NCBI GenBank assembly: GCA_043228905.1
Contig: JBHGNT010000009.1
Coordinates: forward strand, 8,432,001-8,496,000
Length of the DNA stretch: 64,000 bases
From: Azolla caroliniana
Lineage: Eukaryota; Plantae; Polypodiophyta
Direction: 5' to 3'
Below, one piece after another: positions 12,110-22,500 of this stretch (the stretch's first letter is position 1; each line of letters opens with the position of its first letter). Position numbers and translations under genes: made by a program. Below the pieces are notes generated by a model, which saw nothing but the letters and a program-made list of their open reading frames with translations, ran no database searches and had not been told where the DNA came from.

Positions 12110-15100
12110 TGTCAAAGTACTTATCTCAAATTGTACACCACAACTTCTGGGTGTTAGGAGGCATTAACTTTCCTGCTTTTAAATGTGGCAAAATCCACCA
12201 CCATAGGGAAGTTGTAGGAGCCATACCTTTGTCACTTTTTATTTTAGTAAAAGAAAATTGTGAAACCTTAACTTTCACGTTTTTAATTGACACAATAGTC
12301 ACTTAGTGATCGTCAAAATACTTATCTCATCTCTGCCACATCCACCTGCGGACTATCATAGACACCTAGCTAACTCCAGGCTTCTTCTATTTCTATGAGA
12401 AGCAGGAAGGGACTATTGAAGCTCACCAGATAGCCCACAAAATCCACTCTTGGATTTGGACCAACATTCCATCCCTGGAAATGACTAGATGTCTAAATGG
12501 TGAGTGCTCCCCACTCACAACCTGTTGTGCAAAGCACTAGGAACAACTGGCAATCTCCCATCCCATTCCATGAGTATGAAGATTGTAACATGGAACGTGC
12601 AAGGGCTCAGAAGTCGATTAGACCAGCAAAACAGATGGAAACTGAGAAGGTATCTTGAGGAATATTTATTAGGGAGTGTTGCTGACATCATCATGTTGCA
12701 GGAACACCACCTCGATAGCACGCAGTCAAAGGAAGTCGAAGACCTTCTACCAGGATCATGGTGAACAATTTGGGAGCCAGCAATAGGGGAGGATGGTAAT
12801 CATGGTGGTATTTGCACTTTGATTCGGGAACGTCTAGCCCAAGGCTTAATACACCAGGAATTACTTATACTTGGTAGGGCACATTTTTACATGTTGGCCA
12901 TCCAAGGGCAATGTTGGAATTTCATGAATGTTTATGCTCCAAATAGCATAACAGAAAGGGCAACATTCTAGGAACGCATCCACCTACAAGTAGCGGGTAC
13001 GGAAGAGTGGTGCATTGGAGGGGATTTTAGTATGATCAAATCCATTCACGATAGCTCCAACAACAACCCCATAGTTCTACAGGGAAGGGAATGTAAACAA
13101 TGGGAGAAGTTATGTGTACACCTTCACCTACAAGACATCTGGCATTCTGACAACTTCCAACGAAAAAGGGACTCTCTCTTATTCTCCCAATCAGACGAGC
13201 AGAATAGTGGACCTACCCTATCTCGCATTGGCCGCATTTATGTGGGCGAGGTTCTAGAAGCGAAGGGAGGGTGGTGTCGCATAACTCCAGGCACGACTTT
13301 CTCTGACCATTACCCGGTAGTCGGTCATTTTCAATTGCACTTAAAATGGGGCCCATTCCAGCCTTGCATCTTGCACACTATTTACACGGTTATAGAGGTG
13401 AAGGAACAACTCTCCAACCAATGGTCATTACCCGTCAATGACTCATCAGCATCTGACAAACTTCTAGCTAAATTAACAAGAGCTTCAACTCTCCTAAATG
13501 AGATTGTCAAGACCAGAAACAAGGATGCTCAGGAAAAGCGACATAGGACAAAACGAGGACTAATAGCCTTACAACAACTCCACAGAGATACTTGTCATGT
13601 AGTTGATCGCAGGACAAGTTGCCATGGCCAAACATGAACTCAGCATGGCGGAAAAGGAAATATATGACATGGAGTTTCATGGAAGCATGGTGTGATGGAT
13701 TCAAGTAGGGGACAAAACCACGAAGGAATTTTTCCGCTCCAAAGGCCCGAGACACGCTAGAACAATGATGCACAACCTCAACCGAGAGGATGGAACGACC
13801 ATTGAGGATGGCAACGAAATGAGGAATATTGCCACAAGTTACTATAAGCGCCCACTTACCGAAGATACTATGGCTACAAGGTAAGACATAAGAGGAGATA
13901 TTCTCCTCCAAAGCATACCCGAGAAAGTCACGACGAATGAATACATGGTTCGTGCGTCCCCTATCAATCATCGAGATATGGGAGGCCCTCTCTGATTTGG
14001 ATGCAGATAGTTGCCTCGGAATCGACGGCCTCACCCCTCACTTTTTCACATGCCTTTGGGACACTATTAAAGAAGACCTCCTCCAGGCATATGAGGAGAT
14101 CGTCACCTTTGGAAGCATGCCGGAGGAATTTGGACAGGGGATGATACATCTCATTCCTAAAAGTGGTGGGAGTGCCAACGACATTAGCAAGTGGCAGCCC
14201 ATAACTCTTCTCAATATTGTCTATAAGTTGCTTGCAAAAATCGCACGCCGTTTAACACCACTTCTCCCTCAACTCATTCATCCATCTGAGACAGGTTTCA
14301 TTAGAAATCGGAGCATCCTAGACAACCTCTTCTCATTCTGGGAAAACAGTAGCTCTTGCCAAGCGTACCAACAACAAGGTAGTGGTGGTGCTATTAGATT
14401 TTGAGAAAGCATAGAACAAGGTATGCCGGAACTTTCTAGAAAGTGTGATGGGGAAACTCGGCTTTCAAGAGACATGGATCAAAGGCATTGCAGGACTTTA
14501 TAGGAACGGCAACAGTTGCGTTTCACTGGCAGGGATGCCCACTAGCTCCATCCTTTTTCTGAATATCCCGATCTGTACGGCAGGGATACCCACTAGCTCC
14601 ATCCTTATTTCTATTATACGCCAAAGCACTCTCTTGTTTTCTCAACTCGCGGCATCTCAACCTACGTGGTCTTCCCGTGCCTCATTCTCACCAAAGCATC
14701 CTGGATATAGAATTTGCAGATGACACATCAGTCTACCTGCAAGGGGACTTGGAAAACCTACAAAAGCTAGAAAGTGGGTTAGCCGTATTTTGCAAGAGAT
14801 CCAATGCCATGATCAATTGGCACAAATCCTGTGCAATATGGCTTTCTCATGAAACACATTGTGCGTGGCACCCACATCCTGCTTTCAAATGGATCACTCA
14901 AGGAGCAAGCACCAAATATTTGGGTTTCCAAATTGGTTTCAACATACCACCGAAGACTATGATTGCACCCGTTATCCATTCCATTCAACAAAAGTTGATA
15001 CATTGGAGTTCGAAAAAACTGTCACTAGCGGGCCGCATCATGTTGGACAATCTCCAAGGAAAGTATACATCAGATTCAACAATTGGTACGCAACTACATT

Positions 15101-17068
15101 TGGTCTAGTAAGGAAGATCATGTAACTCGCACCAAGGTGGCATGGCCTATATTCACAGCACCTAAGTCGAGAGGGGGATTGGGTCTTATTGATCCCCTCT
15201 CACAATCAAAAGCCTTACGTGCCAAATTTGTGATGCGAGGACTCCAACAAGGAAATAACTGCTGGAAAATGCTACTGCAGTTACGTTTCACTTACTTTAG
15301 GCCACGAAAAGGGGTCAATTGGGCCCCCAAACGGGATGGATTCTAAACATGGATCTCAAACCTAGTTTCTCCCGCCAATTGGAGGATAGATTCAGTGCAT
15401 CCATGTGGAAGGCATGGTGTGACATTAGACGAGGACTCAAGTGCAATCAACCGAGTTCCGAACCTGCCTGGCTTAGTCAATGTATCCTATGGAACCCATG
15501 TATTAAGGATGAATCTAATCAACTACTTGGATCAAGTAAGGGGTTGTCATGGGGATACATTGCAAAAGGTCTAGGAAAAAGTATAGAATGTTGGAGACGG
15601 TTTATGTCACTGCCACTACAAGATCAAGCCAACATACTCCATGCAATCAAAGGCGGATGGACTATGAGATCAGAAATCATTAACGCTCTACTGATTGGGG
15701 AAGCTAGTACTCAAAGGACGACAATGGAGAAATGGATAGGCTACGAGGAGGAGGGATCTTTGATCCCAAGAGGTAGGGGAACACCAGACAGGATCGAAGG
15801 CTCTGAATTGCGAGACACTAAGACACCAACACAAAATTACACAATTTGAGTACTCGCATATACTGGCCGTAAATGGATTGTAGATCCTGATCTGATCAAA
15901 GTACAACCTGATTGGCACATATGTACTCATGATAAGACATGGGTACGTAAGGTCAGTTGGGACCCTTTGCAATGGAGATGGCGTGATCCTTACGCAGGAC
16001 AAGGAAGCAAACCCATCCCTTTCTTCCAATTCACAACTAGATTGGGTCGCCACATTCTAGTTGCTCAAACCGCCTGAGAGTCGGCTGCTACAAAGGTCTG
16101 GCACACATATCAAGTTCCTCACACAATTATCACCAAGTTTTGGCAGAAAATCTAGAAACAACAACACGCGATGCGAATTACCACGTTCCAATGGCGATTA
16201 ATACATAAGTCACTACCGGTGGGAGCATGGCAACGCGGGAACCTTATCTCTCCTAATTGTGTGGATTGCCCAAATGCAATAGAATCAATACGACACGCTC
16301 TGTGGGATTGCCCAACGTCCTATCGAATATGGCGGGGGGTTGGCCGCTTGTTGCAATTTTGCCAGGTGCAAGGCTCAATCAAGTGGGGAAATATATGTTG
16401 GCTATCATGGTAGACCCCAGTTGGCAAATACGAGCATCAAGAGGAGGGGATGACTTTGGTGATAAAAGCACAAGAGGTTTTTTTCTCCACCATCGGCAAT
16501 GTCCACTCAACTCCTCTTAATGACAAATCTCAAGCTGTGTTGGAATTGGTCAGCCCAATAACCCTTTAGATTCTATGGAAACAACGATGTAGACGGATCT
16601 TCTCCAACCAAACCGTGCATCCAACAATGTTACTGCAAGAGATATGGAGTGAAATTGTAGCCACTCTAAAGAGCCAGTATAATGGCCTCAAGGGCGGCTC
16701 CGATGGAGTTGAAAGACAACGAATAGCGTTCATCCAACAATGGTCGTCCTCTCCCTTTCTTGAGTTAGTGGGCATCCACATAAGATGGACCTATCGTGTC
16801 CCAACATGGATTTGTACATAATAATCTCATTTGTAAAATTTTATCACTAATGGAAGGAGTTTTTTTTTGGAATTTTTTTTTTACTTATCTCAAATTGTAC
16901 ACCGCAACTTCCAGGTGTTAGGAGGCATTAACTTTCCTGCTTTTAAATGTGGCAAAATCCACCACTATATAGGGAAGTTATAGGAGCCATACCTTTGTCA
17001 CTTTTCATTTTAGTAAAAGAAAAACATGAAAACTTAACTTTCACATTTTTTAATTGATACAATAGTCA
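12110..17068 (+). repeat. Two copies of an approximately 200-bp tandem unit; the second is split by the LINE (12118-12318; 12319-12329 plus 16882-17068)
   Basis: TACTTATCTCAAATTGTACACC...CAATAGTCA occurs at 12118 and 16882; the unit restarts at 12319 (period 201). Confidence 0.85.
12330..16881 (+). mobile_element. 5'-truncated, decayed L1-type LINE (probable ORF1 tail; ORF2 with APE, RT and zf-RVT from about 12576 to 16821)
   Basis: MKIVTWNVQGL, IIMLQEHH, SDHYPV, WQPITLLN, RQGCPLAP, EFADDT, CVDC...HALWDC; 11-bp TSD TACTTATCTCA at 12319-12329 and 16882-16892. Confidence 0.92.
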
Positions 17069-18469
17069 AGCTGTGTGAAATCATTTGCAATTATAAGAGC
17101 GTACGAAGGGTAGCGAACTTCGAGTGTGCCACATTTGATTACCATGAGGCATGAGACCCCAATGTCAAGTCTCATAGACGGAGTGTGACAAGAAACGAGT
17201 AGGGTGTTATTGTTTTTGGTAATAAAGCCTAGCAAAGAGACAAGAGCTATGCAATATGCACATGGGTCAACGACACTGAGAGCTTCACATTTTTGAGTGG
17301 GGAGAGGAGGTCTATGAGGCCAATGTGATTGAAAGTGAAGAGAACGAAAGAGGCCATAGAAAGGATTGGGAATGAGAGATGATATGGTCTATCAGGGTGT
17401 GTGTGTCTAACAGCGTAATAGTTTTGGTTTCATAGGTCAATATTATGCAAAATGTATATTTTTGGTCTCATAGGTTAGTATTATGCAAAATGTAATATTG
17501 GTCTCATAAGAATAATTAATTACGATTAAATGAACAATTGAGAAGAAAAAAATTCAGAGGAAATTGTTTGTTTGTTTTATTTTTTTTTGTCGAAAATCTA
17601 GTTGTTTCGCTACTTGTTCTTTTTTTGAAAATATTTTTAACTTTTTTTTTTAACGGTAGATTTATTTTTTATTTCCTTATTTGCGGCACCAAATTCGCAG
17701 CGCAGTGATGAACAAGAAAATTGAATAAATAAATAAATAAAATTATTATTATTATTCAATTAAAGATCGCCGCCGAAAACCGCTCAGCCACCGCATCCAC
17801 CGGAAAACCGCTCAAATGAGGGTCACAAAACCACCCACACGTGTTTCCCGACAAAATCTTATTTCTGCGAAAACCGCCTATGGAATTAGGGTTTCGTCGG
17901 AGGCCTTCTGAGTTTTTGGTCCTAAAACACTGCCGATCTTTAAAATAACTACATACTTTTCTTAATCAATTGGGCCTGAATCTGAAAACCATGAATTCTC
18001 GGATAATTTTGACACACACACAAAAAAAAAACTCCTGATTTTCCATGGCTAAAAGATTTTTTTTCCTGGAAAGACACAGACAAACGGCATTTCCTGTGAA
18101 GGCAGAAGGCTATATGTTTTCTCTGAGAAGTTCACAAACAAAAAAGAAAGAAACCACCAAGACCAAGACGAAATTTAACAAAACCACTTTCCTCGGAAGA
18201 AACAAATCCACCAAAGATTCTGTGCAAAAACCACCCAGGGGAGCATCTTATGGGAAAGGAAATGGAAAACCACTTTCTTAATTGGGTAAATCGATCATTT
18301 CTAATGGAAACAGGACAATCCGCCCAGAAAAACAGAAAGATTAAGGGAGCTTTTGACTTTTGGATTTTACTTTGCTGAAAGAGAAAAGCCACATTTATGA
18401 GGAGGGAATTGATTGAGCGAGACAGAGAAGAGTTAAAGATGTGGACCGGAAACTGAGTATATTTATTAA

Positions 18470-19182
18470 TGACGCAGATTAAGGAGGCGGATTAGCATGG
18501 GGTCGTGAGGATTAAGGAGGGTGATTAGCCATCTAAACAGGAGTCTAATTTTCGAGGAGGCATAGTAGGAAGGAATGAGAGTAGGTTGAAAAGAGGCCGG
18601 ATTAGGGTTTGAACAAGTGACAAAAAGGAGGAGAAGGGAAGTGGATTAGCACTAATGAGGTGATTAAGAAGGCTGATTAGTTAGTTAACCCAAAATGGGA
18701 TTTGAGGCATAGTGAGGGGGGGGGGGGGGGGGGGGGGGGATGAGAGTAGGCTTAAAAGAGGAGGGTGGGGATTAAGGAAGTGGATTAGCACTAATGAGGT
18801 GATTAAAAAAGGTGATTAGTTATTTACCCAAAATGGGATTAGTTGAGAAATTTAAGGAAGGTTGGTGATCAAAAAAGAAAAAAGACAAAAGGAAAAAAGG
18901 CATACAAATTTAATTAAGTCTTTTTTTAGTGGTGGTGGGGGGGGGGGGAAGAGAGGGAAGAAGAAATCCTTTTTAAATGCTTCACTTTTTATGGCTGAGC
19001 TCTATGAATGTACAGGAATGTTTGAATGAATGCTTCATCACTTTCTTAGTTAGCTCAGCACAAATTCCTGCAAAAAAACCAAACAAACACCATAGCCACT
19101 AATCACCCCACTAATCCCCTCCCCCACTACTCTTTAAGTAACCAAGCCCCCCACTAATCACCCCACTAATCACCCAAAAAAA
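18470..19182 (+). promoter_or_regulatory. Putative KCS promoter/5' UTR with clustered GATTA/TAATC motifs, a duplicated unit of about 140 bp and long G runs
   Basis: Lies directly upstream of the ATG; about 13 GATTA at 18475-18845 and 4 CTAATC at 19098-19172. Confidence 0.45.
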
Positions 19183-20760
19183 ATGGGTGATGAGCTTATT
19201 AACACCAAACCAAGCTCCCCTGCATCATCAAGCTACTACCCTCCACCATTGCTACCTGATGTCTTCTCCAACATTCTGAGCTCAAGATTCATGAAAGGTG
19301 GTGCTGCTGCTTCCTGCACAAAGCATTCCTATTCCCTCTTAATCCCTCCATCAAGCTTCCTCATATGGGCCTTTGTCTCACTCTGCCTTGCATTGGCATT
19401 GGGTGTGGAGAGTGTAGAGAAGCCATGGAAGGTGTGGATAGACCCTGTTATGTCAAGGGAGTTGGTCTTCATCATGGCCCTGCTCACACTGCTGGTGATG
19501 AGGAGCAGGGAGGCAAGCACCACAGTCTACCTAATGGACATCTCCTGTTTTAGGCCCCCTGCCATATTAAGGGCACCCCACTCCACCTTCTTGGAGCACT
19601 CCAAGGTGTCTGGGATCTTCAACCAGCAGAGCCTAGAGTTCCAGAAGAAGATATTGGAGAGGTGTGGGCTAGGGCCATCCACATCCTTCCCAATGTGCTT
19701 CAGGAACCTACCCCCACAGCCATCCATGCAGGCCTCTAGAGAGGAAGCAGAGATGGTGCTAGGGACATGCATGTCAGAGCTCCTGGCCAAGACCAAGATC
19801 TCCACCAAGGACATAGGCATCTTGGTGGTGAACTGCAGCACCTTCAACCCAACACCATCTCTGTCCTCCATGATGGTCAACAAGTTCAAGCTGAGGAGCA
19901 ACATAAGGACATATAACCTAGGGGGGATGGGGTGTAGTGCAGGTGTGATAGCCATAGACCTAGCCAAGGATGCCTTGCAAGTCCACAAGGGCACATATGC
20001 CATTGTGCTGAGCACAGAGAACATAACCCAGAACTGGTATTGGGGGAACAACAAGACCATGCTAGTGAGCAACTGCTTGTTTAGGGTTGGGGGAGCTGCC
20101 ATATTGCTGTCAAACAAGAGGTCTGACAAGAGGTCAGCTAAATATAGGTTGGATCACTTGGTGAGGACACACATGGGGGCCAATGATGCAGCCTACCATG
20201 CAGCCTACCAGCAAGAGGATGAGGAAGGCAAGGTAGGGGTGTTCTTGAGCAAGGACCTCATGAGGATTGCCTCAGACACCTTGAGGATGAACACCAAGAG
20301 GCTGGGCCCATTGGTCTTGCCTTACTCCGAGCAGCTCCTCTTCTTGGCAAGCTACCTCATGAGGAATGTCTTCAAGTCCCGGGGTGTCCCGCCCTACGTC
20401 CCCGACTTCCGCAAGGCCTTCGACCACTTCTGTATCCACTCGGGCGGCCGGGCCGTCCTTAACGCGGTCGAGAAGGGGCTCAACCTCTCTGCCCTCAATA
20501 TGGAACCCTCACGGATGGCCCTCCACCGCTTCGGGAACACGTCCGTGTCCACCACGTGGTACCAGTTCCAATACCTCGAGTGCAAGGGCCGCGTCCGCCG
20601 GGGTGACAAGATATGGCAGATCGTGTTCGGTAGCGGCTTCAAGTGCAATAGCGCCGTGTGGACTGCACTCCGATCCATCGACCCCTATGAAGACACCAAT
20701 GCTTGGACCGACACCATCCTCGACTACCCCGTCCCTCTCGTCGACTTCCAAGAGCTCTAG
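19183..20760 (+). CDS. KCS: 3-ketoacyl-CoA synthase (FAE1/KCS family, very-long-chain fatty acid elongase condensing enzyme), intronless, 525 aa
   Basis: Two N-terminal hydrophobic segments; VNCSTFNPTPSLS, NLGGMGCSAG (catalytic Cys), HFCIHSGGRAV, RFGNTS, FGSGFKCNS; intact ORF. Confidence 0.97.
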   Translation: MGDELINTKPSSPASSSYYPPPLLPDVFSNILSSRFMKGGAAASCTKHSYSLLIPPSSFLIWAFVSLCLALALGVESVEKPWKVWIDPVMSRELVFIMALLTLLVMRSREASTTVYLMDISCFRPPAILRAPHSTFLEHSKVSGIFNQQSLEFQKKILERCGLGPSTSFPMCFRNLPPQPSMQASREEAEMVLGTCMSELLAKTKISTKDIGILVVNCSTFNPTPSLSSMMVNKFKLRSNIRTYNLGGMGCSAGVIAIDLAKDALQVHKGTYAIVLSTENITQNWYWGNNKTMLVSNCLFRVGGAAILLSNKRSDKRSAKYRLDHLVRTHMGANDAAYHAAYQQEDEEGKVGVFLSKDLMRIASDTLRMNTKRLGPLVLPYSEQLLFLASYLMRNVFKSRGVPPYVPDFRKAFDHFCIHSGGRAVLNAVEKGLNLSALNMEPSRMALHRFGNTSVSTTWYQFQYLECKGRVRRGDKIWQIVFGSGFKCNSAVWTALRSIDPYEDTNAWTDTILDYPVPLVDFQEL

Positions 20761-21689
20761 TTAGTTAAAATTCAGGGACTTCTAATAAACTATGCAAGGA
20801 AAGGAGAGCCACTTGTCGGATCCCGACCAACCAATCAACCAACCAACGAATCAACCGGTCGACAAGACAAGCCGTTTGCCATTAACGTCACCATACCATC
20901 AATGTATCAATGTTCGTCGTTGGTTGTCGCCACCCATCAACTTTGTCTTCATCACCAACTAACTCTTCTTCTTCTTCTTCTTCTTCAATCCAATTGCCTT
21001 GATTCATGATATACATTGGTTTGCATTTTTTCCGAGTTTTGTGTGTTTAATTCTAATACCATCACTATATCCCTTTTCCAAAAACATGATTCTTACTCTT
21101 ATTCTTACCTTTTCCAAAAACATGATTACCTACTACTCAAAGATTTGTATGCTAAAGCACATTTTTATATCAAGTTGCTATCAATACTTTCGATTAATGT
21201 TGCTTGCCTACATACATCAAACCAAAGCTAATGTAATCTCGTGTCTTTTTCTTTTTATTTGTTTTAAGCTTTTGTTTATCATTATGTGATCTTTTGTAAT
21301 TGCATATTATGTATATTTATATTAAAGATCAATAAATTTGGTTCATCTTCTAAGGAATGTCAATACATTGATTAATAAAATTTGGTTCATCTAGTGTAAG
21401 GAATGTGGGCATGCCATCTTGCTTTTCTCAATGCAAACCTAATTTCATCTCCATTACTATCATTCCTTTATAACTTTGAGAAATCAGATTGGTTATGGAT
21501 TTTGTAAATTTTGGTATGGGGGTGCATTATACATTGACTCCTCTCCTAAGAAATATAAGGACTTCCAACCTACTAGGTAGAAAGCAACCTCATTTCTCTA
21601 TAACAATTACACTGGCTACTCTTTTCAAGTTAAGGATTGATTGGCTCTATTGGGTAGCCTTGACATTTGTGGTGGGAGTTGTTTAATCT

Positions 21690-22500
21690 ACTCAAACATG
21701 GAGGAAGCATCCGCATGCCTTTGTTCAAGGATTAATATACAAAGGGTAGTGAGACAAAGAGAAACCTATGTCGAGATAGAATCAACACATCTAATGCTAC
21801 GTCAATATATAACTCTTGTGTATGTGCATGCTCTTGCATTAGTCTTTAGAAAGAAGATTGCCAAAGAGTAAGAATCTATGCATTTTCACTCAAGGTTTAA
21901 TCTAGTGGATCTCGAATCACTTGGAACATTGATATAAAAATCTTCATTGACATAGAGTTTGCATATCCCCCTCTACATCAATGTGTAACATGTTTGCATG
22001 TACATGCACCAACACTTGGGAAAAAGTGGCATATATGAAGAATCGACACATCTTCGCTCAAGGTTTAATTTAAAATCAGAAGTGGACCATGAATTGTTTG
22101 GGTAGATATAAACACTTACATTGAGATAGAATTGGCTTATCTACCTCATGTATCATGCAACATGTGTGTTTGCATCAATGCTTGGGGAAAAGGTGACACA
22201 AAGGAAGAAATTGCACGTCTTCACTCAAGGTTTAATCGAAAATAAGAAGTGAACCATGACACTTTTGGAACATTGATATAAACATCTACATGGAATTGAG
22301 TACCCTACCTCTAGTATCTTGTAACATGTATGTGTATGCACCGATGCATAGAGGAAAAGGTTGACATAGAGGAAGAATGTAGACATCTTTGTTGAAGGTT
22401 TAATCTAAACTTAGAAGTGAACCATGAATCCCTTGGGACATCTACGTTGAGATAGAATTGATTAACCTCTTGTTTCATGTAAGTGTATGTATGTGTGGGT
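21690..22500 (+). repeat. Degenerate tandem array, about 5 x 168 bp
   Basis: AAGG(T/A)TTAAT anchors near 21726, 21891, 22059, 22227 and 22394 with shared downstream blocks. Confidence 0.8.

Noticed and set aside
8924-12110. Possible ancient minus-strand Gypsy gag-like relic with a local duplication near 11030-11290
   Set aside because: Only faint motif resemblance; needs tBLASTn or HMM support.
14528-14612. Duplicated RQG(C/Y)PLAP coding block in the LINE RT
   Set aside because: Local rearrangement in an already dead copy.
18995-19060. GCTGAGCT...AGCTCAGC inverted repeat as a miRNA precursor
   Set aside because: The stem is only 8 bp, too short to support the call.
19329-20764. Antisense and alternative-frame ORFs over KCS
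   Set aside because: Shadow ORFs arising from codon bias.
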